32,000 bases of DNA from Candidatus Methanoperedens sp. (GCA_027460535.1 JAPZAR010000035.1:1414-33413), one strand, 5' to 3'; shown: positions 8,494 to 17,446, counted from the stretch's first letter. Numbers and translations are program-made. The notes: generated from the sequence alone by a model not told the origin.

Positions 8494-11163
8494 ATGGTAA
8501 ATAACGAAATTCGGATACTGAACGATCAACCGATAGACCATGAAACATTTTTTAATTTTGACGACTATTCGGATGCTCTGGCAGGAATAATCCTCCATGA
8601 GGATACGAACACACCGCTCGTCATAGGTATATTTGGCGATTGGGGAAGCGGGAAAACAAGCCTGATGAAAACTTTGAAGAAGAAGATCGAAAATGTGAAA
8701 GATGGCCACTCTGCCCAGACTATCTGGTTCAATGCATGGAAATATGATAAAGAGGATGTTATCTCGCGCGCTCTTCTGACTCGAATACTGCAGGAACTAG
8801 AGACTAAGGGCGAAAAAAAGGACGAGAAAATCTTGAATCGAAGACTAAAGGATCTTCAGAGAAGTCTCTACAAGGACGTTTATCGCGAAGATCCCGGCTC
8901 TTTGACTTTTGATCTGGGCAAAGCTAGCAAAGGGGTTCTTAAGCTTGGCCTTTCAACGGTTCCCATCATAGGGGAAGGATTGGCGAAATTATTTGAAAAA
9001 GGTGTTGATAAAGATGCAATTATAGAAATAGCAGAATCATTACATCATGAGAAAATCATCACAAATATAGAAAAAATTGGAGAGCTTGAGCAATTTCAGT
9101 CAACCTTCCGGGAGATAATCAGGGATCATTATATCCAACATAATAAGAGAGCAGTAGTATTTATTGATGACCTGGATCGATGTGTTCCTGATAAAGCAAT
9201 AGAAGTTATGGAAGCCATCAAGCTGTTTCTGGATGTAGAGGGCTGTATCTTTATTTTAGGCATAGACAGGAATGTCATCCGCGAGGGAGTACGAATCAAA
9301 TATAAAGATTTCACATTAGGAGGCATAAAAGTTCCGATCAATGGTGAAGAATATCTGGAAAAGATAATTCAACTGAGTTTTATGCTCCCGCCTATAATGG
9401 AAAATAAGTTAAAAGAATTTATAGATGATCTTGATCAGAAAAAATCGTATAAAGAGTATCACGATATGATTATAAATGGGATCGGAAGGAATCCGCGTAA
9501 GATCAAACGCTTTATCAATGCCATAAGATTCCAGCAAAACCTGGCTGAAATAATTCCTGAAATGAAGGATATTGTCAAAGAGGATATCAAGCAAACATTT
9601 GATGCGCTGCTGATAGAATGGCAAATTATAAGCAGCAGCAGCAATTCTGATTTTGAAAATTTCAGAAAGGAGGTTATTAAAAATCCGGGTCTTCTGATCA
9701 AGAGCCATGATTATGTGGAGAGCCTGAAGTCCGGGAAAAAAGACGAACCTCCCAAAGAGCTAAACCCCTTTTGGAATGATTCAATTAAAGAATTGATATG
9801 GGTATTCCCATATCCAGGGACTCTAAAAGAAGGTGATACAGATATCATCAAAAAGGTAACTCATCTTAGCAATGTAACAGAAACAAAAACAACAATAGAA
9901 ACAGGTGTGGAAGAAACCTGGACACTTGAGAAAGTTAAGGAAGCAATAAAGAAAGGTATGAGTTTGGAAGGGAAAGATTTAAGCGGGCTTTCCTTAAATA
10001 AAATGAATCTAAATGGGGCGAATCTTTCGGGTGCAAAACTTATTAAAACAGACCTTTCTGAAGCAAAATTGGTAGAAGCAAATATCGTGCATACAGATCT
10101 TTCAGGTGCGATACTTATTGGAACAGATCTTTCTAAAGCCAGTCTTGCATATGCGGTTCTTATCCGGGCAAATCTTTCAGAAGCGATTCTGAAAAACGCA
10201 AAACTTCCAAATGCAGATTTCAGTTATGCTATCCTGAATGGAGCAAATCTCACTGAGGCGTACCTAAGCCTTTCTGATTTCTCTTATTCAAATCTTTCAA
10301 AAGCTACACTCACTGGGACCCTCGGTGGTGAAAATAAATTCATAGGGGCTAATTTATCGGGTGCTGATCTTTCTAATGCAGACCTAACAGACGCGAAACT
10401 TTCAGATGCAAACCTTTCTGGATTAGACCTCACTAATGTACCCCTCAGTGGAGCAGATCTTTCTAATGCAAACCTCATTAAAACTAAGCTCCCTGAAGAC
10501 CTCACTCGTACAATCCTAACCGGAGCAGACCTCACGGGAGCCAAACTCTCCGGTTCAACACTCTATGGAGACCTTTCAAGAATAGTACTTAACAATGCAG
10601 AGCTTAATGATATAAAATTCACTGAAATACAAACCCTTTCCGGAGCGAAAATTAAAGGAGCGAAAATAGGCAAATCTGATCTCTCTGGGTTGGATCTTTC
10701 AAATGTGGATTTCTCCAATACAGATCTAATTGAAACTAACCTGAATAAAACAAACCTCTCCAAAGCCATCCTGATAGACGCCAAACTATTCAATGCAAAA
10801 CTTCAACATGCAAACCTTTCAAATGCAAACCTTTCTAATGCGAAGCTCTCCGGATCAGACTTTTATTATGCAGATCTTTCCAATGCATCTCTTATTGGTG
10901 CAGATATATCCGGAACAGACCTGTCGTATGCAACATTGATAAAAATAAAAACCACACGAATTAAAGTCAATGAAAATACAAATGCAAGAGATGTGATTTT
11001 GGTTATGGATGAAGATCCCCAGGATGAAGCCAAAATAAAGAGAGCTCTGGATGATATAGATAAGGGATTAAGGGATATAATTATCAAACAAAATGAGCGT
11101 TACCGCAATATCTATTCTGGTTCAGAACCTGCCTCTGCCATTCCTGGTAAAGCAAAAAAATGA
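8494..11163 (+). CDS. KAP-family P-loop NTPase fused to a very long C-terminal pentapeptide-repeat domain
   Basis: 889 aa. GIFGDWGSGKTSL (Walker A), FNAWKYD and VVFIDDLDRC (Walker B) are KAP hallmarks. Residues ~493-815 are continuous A(D/N)LxX pentapeptides. Confidence 0.88.
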   Translation: MVNNEIRILNDQPIDHETFFNFDDYSDALAGIILHEDTNTPLVIGIFGDWGSGKTSLMKTLKKKIENVKDGHSAQTIWFNAWKYDKEDVISRALLTRILQELETKGEKKDEKILNRRLKDLQRSLYKDVYREDPGSLTFDLGKASKGVLKLGLSTVPIIGEGLAKLFEKGVDKDAIIEIAESLHHEKIITNIEKIGELEQFQSTFREIIRDHYIQHNKRAVVFIDDLDRCVPDKAIEVMEAIKLFLDVEGCIFILGIDRNVIREGVRIKYKDFTLGGIKVPINGEEYLEKIIQLSFMLPPIMENKLKEFIDDLDQKKSYKEYHDMIINGIGRNPRKIKRFINAIRFQQNLAEIIPEMKDIVKEDIKQTFDALLIEWQIISSSSNSDFENFRKEVIKNPGLLIKSHDYVESLKSGKKDEPPKELNPFWNDSIKELIWVFPYPGTLKEGDTDIIKKVTHLSNVTETKTTIETGVEETWTLEKVKEAIKKGMSLEGKDLSGLSLNKMNLNGANLSGAKLIKTDLSEAKLVEANIVHTDLSGAILIGTDLSKASLAYAVLIRANLSEAILKNAKLPNADFSYAILNGANLTEAYLSLSDFSYSNLSKATLTGTLGGENKFIGANLSGADLSNADLTDAKLSDANLSGLDLTNVPLSGADLSNANLIKTKLPEDLTRTILTGADLTGAKLSGSTLYGDLSRIVLNNAELNDIKFTEIQTLSGAKIKGAKIGKSDLSGLDLSNVDFSNTDLIETNLNKTNLSKAILIDAKLFNAKLQHANLSNANLSNAKLSGSDFYYADLSNASLIGADISGTDLSYATLIKIKTTRIKVNENTNARDVILVMDEDPQDEAKIKRALDDIDKGLRDIIIKQNERYRNIYSGSEPASAIPGKAKK
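9970..10940 (+). repeat. 15-nt-periodic coding repeat tract (pentapeptide repeats) inside the KAP gene
   Basis: Reiterated gcagatctttc(t/c)aatgca-type units encoding ...ANLSGADLSNADLTDAKLSDANLSG... Boundaries are approximate. Confidence 0.85.
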
Positions 11164-11759
11164 TTGTCCTGAAACTCGGCGGAAGCCTTATGCACAGGGT
11201 AAAAGAACTCATAAAGGAGATAATAGATTATTCTAACGAAAGCAAGGATACGATATTGATAGTCCCTGGCGGCTCCATCTTCGCAGATACAGTGAGAAGT
11301 GTGAAAGCCTCGCAGGAAGCTTCCCACTGGATGGCTGTCCTCGCTATGGAACAATATGGTTATTTCTTATCTGATGGAAACGATGCGAAACTCATTGATA
11401 ACCTGGATATAGAAGGTTCAGGTACGTATATTCTTCTCCCCTACAACATTCTGAAAAAGATTGATGAACTCCGACATACTTGGGATGTCACATCAGACAC
11501 GATCGCCGCCTGGGTCGCCCTTCAACTAAATGCAAGGTTCATAAAAGCCACGGATGTGGATGGGATATATCTCAATGGCATGCTGGTGAAGGAAATTTCC
11601 GCGCGTGAAATCACAGGGAAAGAAACCTGTGTGGATGCAGAGCTTCCTGTTTTTCTCATGAAGAATAAAATGAATTGCGAGATAATCAATGGTAACTGCC
11701 CCGGAAGACTGGGCAGGGCTTTTTCGGGTGATGCAGCAGGGACGATTATTAAAGGTTGA
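11160..11759 (+). CDS. small amino-acid-kinase-fold kinase, MfnE-like (methanofuran biosynthesis type)
   Basis: 199 aa. MIVLKLGGSL, LIVPGGSIFADTVR, HTWDVTSDTIAAW, ATDVDGIY. Start overlaps the KAP gene stop (ATGA at 11160-11163). Confidence 0.75.
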   Translation: MIVLKLGGSLMHRVKELIKEIIDYSNESKDTILIVPGGSIFADTVRSVKASQEASHWMAVLAMEQYGYFLSDGNDAKLIDNLDIEGSGTYILLPYNILKKIDELRHTWDVTSDTIAAWVALQLNARFIKATDVDGIYLNGMLVKEISAREITGKETCVDAELPVFLMKNKMNCEIINGNCPGRLGRAFSGDAAGTIIKG

Positions 11760-11765
11760 GAAGCT

Positions 11766-12035
11766 CTATTTACTCATTTCGATTTCAATAGTGGAGACAT
11801 TGGACTCTCCTCTTTCGGAAGCAATTTTTTCCGTGCCAATCCGGATGTCATTGACTTTAGCATCTGTTACGAATCTATTTCTTGCGACCTCAGCAGCGTC
11901 TACAGCTCTTGATATTGCCCTACCTCTGGCTTTGATAGTGACTATCTTGGCGCCGTTATTGAACTCTGTGGCCACTGCGAGAACATAGTTCATCACTGGT
12001 TTATTTCCAACAAACACTACATTATCCTCTGACAT
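11766..12035 (-). CDS. albA: Alba DNA/RNA-binding chromatin protein
   Basis: 89 aa. [15 protein letters not shown]...[22 protein letters not shown] is the classic Alba core. Confidence 0.95.
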   Translation of the reverse strand: MSEDNVVFVGNKPVMNYVLAVATEFNNGAKIVTIKARGRAISRAVDAAEVARNRFVTDAKVNDIRIGTEKIASERGESNVSTIEIEMSK

Positions 12036-12097
12036 ACTGCCTCCTCTCGATTTGCTAAAGAAGAATAACGATACCTGTACATAAACTTAACGAAAGT

Positions 12098-13690
12098 TCA
12101 ATGCAGGAAATGCCTCATTCCGGTGAATACAAGTGAAACCCCAAGCCTGTTCGCGGTTGTGATCACTTCATTATCCCTTATCGACCCCCCAGGAGATACA
12201 ATGTATCTGATATTGTTCTCAGCCGAAGAAATGATACTGTCGTCGAAAGGGAAAAAAGCATCGCTTGCCATGACACATTCGCCCATGATATTCTTTATGA
12301 ACTTTTCTTCGGATATCTCTGGTTTATCACGTTCATAAAAAATTTTCAGGTTCTCCACAGCCTTTGTGACGGCAAGTTTCTTTATCGCATCCACCCTGTT
12401 GGGCTGCCCTGCGCCTATGCTCAGTATCTGGTAAAACCCTTCTTCATACTCCCGTGCGATGACGACCGCGTTGGATTTTGTATGCTTGCAGGCGGTCAGT
12501 GCAAATTCTGCAAGCCCTCTTTTCTCATCCGGGAAAGGATGTTCTGTGACGACATCCCATTTTGCGTACAATCCCCGGTTCCTTGACTGGACAAGCATTC
12601 CTCCCACGATATAGTGATACATGTCCGGGAGAGGGGTTCCGTCTTCCATGGAGAGTTCAAGTATCCTCATGTCTTTGCTTTTGTTTTTAAGGAAAAGGAG
12701 TGCATCATCTTCAAATCCAGGGGCAATGACCAGTTCCACGAACTTTCCTTTCAGGAATTCCACTGTCTCAAGATCGGGAACCCGGGTCATGCATATGATG
12801 CTGCCGAACGATGAGACAGGGTCCCCGTCCCATGCTCTTGAAAGAGCTTCAAGGAGCGTTCTCCCGGTCGCAAATCCGCAGGGGTTGGTGTGTTTTACCA
12901 CAGATACGGCAATAAGGTCTTTGAATTCAAGCGCCACGTTCAGTGCGCTCTCGGCATCGACATAGTTATTGTAAGAGAGGGCTTTTCCATGAAGCTGTCT
13001 TGCATTCCCCACGGAGGGCTCGGTCATTCCAGGCTCTTTATAGAATTTTGCGCCCTGATGCCAGTTCTCGCCGTACCGGAGTGTCTTCCCCTCAACGAAC
13101 TTGAGGCGGAGTATATCTTCACCGGTCAACTGCCGGCTCAGATATGTGTCGATGGCGCAATCGTAATCAGCTATCCGCCTGAAAGCCTTGACAGCAAGAC
13201 GTTCTCTCGTCTTCAGGCTCAACTCCCCATTTTCAAGTTCTTTCAGGATTTCAGGATAATCTTCCGGGTCAGTTATTACAGCAACGTACCTGCAATTTTT
13301 TGCGGCCGCCCTTACAAGGGCAGGTCCCCCGATATCTATGTTTTCAATGGCTTCCTCGAGGCTCACGTTTTCCTGTTCCACGGTCTTCTCAAAAGGATAC
13401 AGGTTCACGGCCACGATATCGATGAAGCCAATGCCTTCATCTTCGGCTTCCTTCACATGAACTGGGTTATCCCGCAATGCAAGAATAGCCCCATGGATCT
13501 TTGGATGAAGCGTTTTCACCCTCCCGTCCATCATTTCCGGAAATCCGGTCACTTCAGATACATCTTTTACCTTTATTCTGGCATTTTTTAGAAATCGTGA
13601 TGTTCCACCGGTGGAAATAATCTCAAAACCAAGCCCTGCAAGCCCTTTGGCAAATTCAACTATGCCTGTCTTATCGGAAACGCTGATCAA
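12098..13690 (-). CDS. purH: bifunctional AICAR formyltransferase / IMP cyclohydrolase
   Basis: 530 aa. ISVSDKTGIVEFAK...STGGT...MDGRVKTLHPKIHGAIL at the N-terminus, C-terminal ...VFTGMRHFLH. Start is a TTG; there is no upstream in-frame ATG before a TGA. Confidence 0.93.
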   Translation of the reverse strand: MISVSDKTGIVEFAKGLAGLGFEIISTGGTSRFLKNARIKVKDVSEVTGFPEMMDGRVKTLHPKIHGAILALRDNPVHVKEAEDEGIGFIDIVAVNLYPFEKTVEQENVSLEEAIENIDIGGPALVRAAAKNCRYVAVITDPEDYPEILKELENGELSLKTRERLAVKAFRRIADYDCAIDTYLSRQLTGEDILRLKFVEGKTLRYGENWHQGAKFYKEPGMTEPSVGNARQLHGKALSYNNYVDAESALNVALEFKDLIAVSVVKHTNPCGFATGRTLLEALSRAWDGDPVSSFGSIICMTRVPDLETVEFLKGKFVELVIAPGFEDDALLFLKNKSKDMRILELSMEDGTPLPDMYHYIVGGMLVQSRNRGLYAKWDVVTEHPFPDEKRGLAEFALTACKHTKSNAVVIAREYEEGFYQILSIGAGQPNRVDAIKKLAVTKAVENLKIFYERDKPEISEEKFIKNIMGECVMASDAFFPFDDSIISSAENNIRYIVSPGGSIRDNEVITTANRLGVSLVFTGMRHFLH

Positions 13691-13930
13691 AGCTTTCTTT
13701 TCCAGAACACATCACCTTATGTGAATAGAAAAAGGAAGGTATAAGCTTTTCTAAAGTGTGCATAATTGTGGAAAAGCCCATAAATACCATAATTGGAATT
13801 AGGTTACATCACTTAACCGGGGCCCGCCAGTGAAGGTAATGCTTTGCCTGCCTGAAGTATTCCGATTCATGCCTGATCGGAGCAAACTGGCCGGTGATAT
13901 CATTGAAATCGATGTGCTGAATCTGTAGAA

Positions 13931-15208
13931 TCAACCTTTTTTCATTTCCACAAGAGAAAACAGCCCGCCTAGCACGACAAGTATTATCCCTGTTAGCAGG
14001 ACTTTTAATTCAAGCTGTGAAATCATAAAGATACAGAATAGAATTCCGAAAAGGGGCAGCACAGGGAACTTTCCTATTGAAAGGGGAACCATGAACGGTC
14101 TTCTTAAATCGGGTTCCTTGTACCTCAGTACTATCATGGCGGCATTGATCACAAAAAATGTAACGAACAGCGTGAAATTGTCCACATTGGCGACGAAAGC
14201 GATGTCACCTGCAAAAATAAATAACAGCGATAATATCATCGTGATCAGTATTGCAACCCACGGGGTCCTGCGGGAAGGATGCACTCTGGCAAGTATGTTC
14301 GGGAGAGTGGAAGAATCTGCCATTCCATACATTATCCGGGATGAGCCAAGCAGCATCATGAGGACCGTATTGGCGGTTGCAAAAAGGGCGATCACGGATA
14401 AGAGAATAAATCCTTTGCTTCCAAAAACGGCATACGCCAGTTCCGCAAAGGGCGCCTGCGAGCTTGCAAGCTTTTCCCATCCCACAACGCTGACAGCTGA
14501 AATTGCCACCAATACGTACAGGATGATACTGATAATTATTGACAAAATCAGGCCCTTCGGGATCGTTTTTTCAGGAGCTTTCGTTTCTTCCGAGAGCTTG
14601 GCAATACTCTCAAATCCTGTATAAGCAAAAAATACGAGCGCTGCTGCTTGAAATACCCCGGGAAGACCCAAAGGCATATCGAAATAATCGACCTTTCCGA
14701 AATAAGGGAGACCTATAAAGATGACGATGAGAAGTCCTGCGGTCTCTATGAGTGTGGATATGATAGCGAACCATGCAGATTCTTTTATTCCGTAGAACAG
14801 GAGGAAGGAAAGAGCGATTATAAGAAAAAATCCGGAAGTGGCAGATGAAACCTTAAAAAAGGCATTGAAGTAGCCGCCAAATCCAAGTGCCACCGTTGAC
14901 GCACCAATTACGGCGCTCAGGATAATCAACCAGCCGATAATGAATGCGAGCTTCTTTCCAAAGGCATTCGAAGTGTATTCGTACTCCGCGCTTGCTTTCG
15001 GGAACATGGAGGAAAGCTCTGCATAGCTCAATCCGGTAAATACTGCCACCAATGCTGATATGGCGAACGAGAGCCACACGGAGTTCCCGGTGAGTCCTGC
15101 GGCTTTTCCTATGAGCGCGTATATGCCCGCGCCGAGGATTATGCCCACTCCCGCAAGGGTCACTTCGAGAAGCCCGAGTTCGCGTTTCAGTTCCACTTTC
15201 TGGGTCAT
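13931..15208 (-). CDS. APC-superfamily amino acid permease
   Basis: 425 aa with about 12 hydrophobic helices. N-terminal KRELGLLEVTLAGVGIILGAGIYALIG is typical of the APC family. Confidence 0.88.
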   Translation of the reverse strand: MTQKVELKRELGLLEVTLAGVGIILGAGIYALIGKAAGLTGNSVWLSFAISALVAVFTGLSYAELSSMFPKASAEYEYTSNAFGKKLAFIIGWLIILSAVIGASTVALGFGGYFNAFFKVSSATSGFFLIIALSFLLFYGIKESAWFAIISTLIETAGLLIVIFIGLPYFGKVDYFDMPLGLPGVFQAAALVFFAYTGFESIAKLSEETKAPEKTIPKGLILSIIISIILYVLVAISAVSVVGWEKLASSQAPFAELAYAVFGSKGFILLSVIALFATANTVLMMLLGSSRIMYGMADSSTLPNILARVHPSRRTPWVAILITMILSLLFIFAGDIAFVANVDNFTLFVTFFVINAAMIVLRYKEPDLRRPFMVPLSIGKFPVLPLFGILFCIFMISQLELKVLLTGIILVVLGGLFSLVEMKKG

Positions 15209-15246
15209 AGAGTCTTTAATCTTTCATTGTCATTTATTTATTGCTA

Positions 15247-15269
15247 CTCCCTGCATCGAGCGCAGGGAG
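15247..15269. repeat. perfect 8-bp-stem palindrome CTCCCTGC-atcgagc-GCAGGGAG in a GC-rich spacer next to the TA pair
   Basis: Read directly from the sequence. Resembles the palindrome CCTGCG-ag-CGCAGG at 31011-31024 beside the other TA cassette. Confidence 0.6.
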
Positions 15270-15387
15270 CCTGAAACGTGCCGTGAGAGGCCGCGGCTGG
15301 TATCTGGGCATGATCGTCAGATCGATCTTATTTGAATCGACCGTCGATTTTTTTCTTGAAACTACAATTGAGGACCGTCTTCCAGAT

Positions 15388-15612
15388 TTATGCAATTGCC
15401 TTATGCTTTGGCTTTTTTCCCTTGATTTCGTAGAGAAAAGCCTGCGGTTCGGAAATATTTTCAGATGCGTCAAGCATTTCTATTGCCACAACTTTGTTAT
15501 CTTCCCCATAATCCACGATAAGACCTTCTCTGACCTCATCGCTTTCTTTAACAGCTACTTCCCTTAAAATCAAAGTAAGTGAATCTGTTTGCGGGTCATA
15601 TACTATCTTCAT
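15388..15612 (-). CDS. DUF2283-family protein (putative antitoxin partner)
   Basis: 74 aa. MKIVYDPQTDSLTLILRE...IVDYGEDNKVVAIEMLDAS matches the DUF2283 pattern. Start overlaps the upstream gene stop (ATGA). Confidence 0.8.
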   Translation of the reverse strand: MKIVYDPQTDSLTLILREVAVKESDEVREGLIVDYGEDNKVVAIEMLDASENISEPQAFLYEIKGKKPKHKAIA

Positions 15613-15878
15613 TTCAAATCCTCTTTCCAGTATTTTTCAATTTTTGATGTTTTATAAATAGTAATAACATGAAATGCATTTTTCAACTTTTCACCGATTA
15701 TTCGAAGTAACATTTCCTTTTTTTCGTTATTATCATAATATCTTCCCTGCATAATAATTCTATTCTTTTTGGAAGGTATTTTCTGCAAAGTATGTTTGAT
15801 AATTCGCTCTACATCCTCTTTCTTGATTTTGCGGATTTCCATTTCAAAAAGTGCATGTTCGGAAAAAACAATTTTCAT
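15609..15878 (-). CDS. DUF4258-family protein (putative toxin partner)
   Basis: 89 aa. FSEHALFEMEIRKIKKEDVERII...HVITIYKTS is DUF4258-like. 4-nt overlap with the DUF2283 gene. Confidence 0.78.
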   Translation of the reverse strand: MKIVFSEHALFEMEIRKIKKEDVERIIKHTLQKIPSKKNRIIMQGRYYDNNEKKEMLLRIIGEKLKNAFHVITIYKTSKIEKYWKEDLK

Positions 15879-16143
15879 TTTTTCACCTGCATTGAGGCTA
15901 TCACTTCAATAACTATGTATTATAATGTAATTATTTAATTATATATTCTTGAAATTAAGGATTTCAAATATTGTTTTCCTAGAGTTTCCCTTTAATTTTC
16001 TCCAGGGATATGTATTTTTTTGCATTGCAGACTGATAACAGATTATTAGACTATATTATTTTTGATTGAAATTTTAGCTGCAATACATCTTATCTCAAAA
16101 AACTGTATTATTTATATGTGAAAAACAATAAAGTTTTATTAAA

Positions 16144-16395
16144 ATGTCCTCCGAGCTCCCACAGAATCCCGACTGGCAAATCCAGGAAGAACGCCTGCAG
16201 TACGGCGCCGAAAAGAAAAAGCAGCGCGACGCCGCGCGCCCCAAATGGGCGTCCAGGCCCAGGAAAGAGCCTTCGCCAAAGGATTTAGAGTTTCAGACGC
16301 AGAATATCTTTGAAGAACTGGAAGGAAGCGGATTACGAAGTCTGATCGACAAATGTGATGCGAATCTTGCTTTTTTGAAGATGAGAAAGGAATAA
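16144..16395 (+). CDS. hypothetical small charged protein (83 aa), uncertain
   Basis: ATG ORF ending 13 nt before the DUF366 gene, whose start is preceded by aggagg. Locally GC-rich and low-complexity. A longer antisense ORF also covers it. Confidence 0.3.
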   Translation: MSSELPQNPDWQIQEERLQYGAEKKKQRDAARPKWASRPRKEPSPKDLEFQTQNIFEELEGSGLRSLIDKCDANLAFLKMRKE

Positions 16396-16408
16396 GGAGG
16401 CAATAATT

Positions 16409-16969
16409 ATGATCTTTAAAATTCTCACCGATACAATAGAATACGACGGCTCCCAGATAGCTCCGCTCTGGGCATACGGCATTGGGATAAAAGGTGATTC
16501 CATCGTGTGCTTTCATGGCCCCATGGACGTGACGTTCGATAACATGAAAGACATTGAGGACAGGAAAGCCGGGAAAACGATCCAGGGAGATGATCTCATC
16601 CATATCATTGTGGAGAGATTCGACTCCCCGGCAAGCATGCGCCTTGCCTACTACATGCAGCGCCTTCTGGTTGTCTGCATCAGGGATGTTCTGGAAAAGC
16701 ATGGGATTGAAACAACGAGGAACGGCGATGACCTCTTCGTCAATGGAAAAAAACTTACCGTGAGCATAGCCAGTGCAGGCGTGGCGAGTGAAAAAATACA
16801 TTGCGGGATAAACATCACCACAGAAGGAACACCTGCCGATGTAAAAACATCAGCCCTTCTGGATTTCGGGATTAAAGATTGGAAAACAATTGCCCACGGG
16901 ATAGCCGAAAAATTCGTCCATGAAATTGAGGATATTGAAGGAGATATTGCCAAAACGAAAAGCCTATGA
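16409..16969 (+). CDS. DUF366-family protein (conserved archaeal/methanogen protein)
   Basis: 186 aa. ...IEYDGSQIAPLWAY... N-terminus and overall size fit DUF366. SD-like aaggagg upstream. Confidence 0.8.
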   Translation: MIFKILTDTIEYDGSQIAPLWAYGIGIKGDSIVCFHGPMDVTFDNMKDIEDRKAGKTIQGDDLIHIIVERFDSPASMRLAYYMQRLLVVCIRDVLEKHGIETTRNGDDLFVNGKKLTVSIASAGVASEKIHCGINITTEGTPADVKTSALLDFGIKDWKTIAHGIAEKFVHEIEDIEGDIAKTKSL

Positions 16970-17184
16970 CAGATATAACCAGATTAGGGATTTCTCTGAT
17001 ACTTATCGGTTTTGTTCTGGTTTTCCTGGGGTCGGTATTTTCGGCCGGGAATACAGGTTTTGGCGGACTCATCATGATAGGCCCCATACCAATAGCCTTT
17101 GGCACATCGCCGGGGATGACGATTGTTGCGATGATCATCGGTTTGCTCCTGATGCTGGTTATGCTCCGGAGGAGAAATGCCTGA
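16966..17184 (+). CDS. DUF131/TIGR00304-type small membrane protein
   Basis: 72 aa, two TM helices flanking GGLIMIGPIPIAFGTSP. ATGA overlap with the DUF366 gene. Confidence 0.78.
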   Translation: MTDITRLGISLILIGFVLVFLGSVFSAGNTGFGGLIMIGPIPIAFGTSPGMTIVAMIIGLLLMLVMLRRRNA

Positions 17185-17446
17185 CTGGACTTACCTTATT
17201 TCGATTGGTATTGCCTTGATACTACTGGGATTTTTGTTCGTTGCTTATGGTATCATGAGATCCTCGAGGGAAAGCGCAGGTACAGAGGGCAGGATTTCAG
17301 ATCAAGGTTTCAAAGAAGAGAGGGTAAAAGGGGGTGGTGTGATATTGATCGGGCCGATACCCATTGTTTTCGGCTCAGACAGGCGATATGTTATAATTGC
17401 CATGATACTTGCGATAGTGCTGGTGGCGTTAGTGATAATGAAATAA
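17177..17446 (+). CDS. DUF131/TIGR00304-type small membrane protein (tandem paralogue)
   Basis: 89 aa. GGVILIGPIPIVFGSDR motif as in the preceding gene. 8-nt overlap with it. Confidence 0.78.
   Translation: MPDWTYLISIGIALILLGFLFVAYGIMRSSRESAGTEGRISDQGFKEERVKGGGVILIGPIPIVFGSDRRYVIIAMILAIVLVALVIMK

Noticed and set aside
9970-10940. Highly periodic DNA repeats considered as a satellite or tandem-repeat element.
   Set aside because: The periodicity is 15 nt, in frame, within one long ORF, and encodes canonical pentapeptide repeats. It is coding, not a non-coding satellite.
13825-13930. Short + strand ORF (...GPPVKVMLCLPEVFRFMPDRSKLAGDIIEIDVLNL) in the purH-permease spacer.
   Set aside because: It is about 40 codons on the strand opposite both neighbours, with no recognisable family. 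There is not enough evidence to call it a gene or pseudogene.
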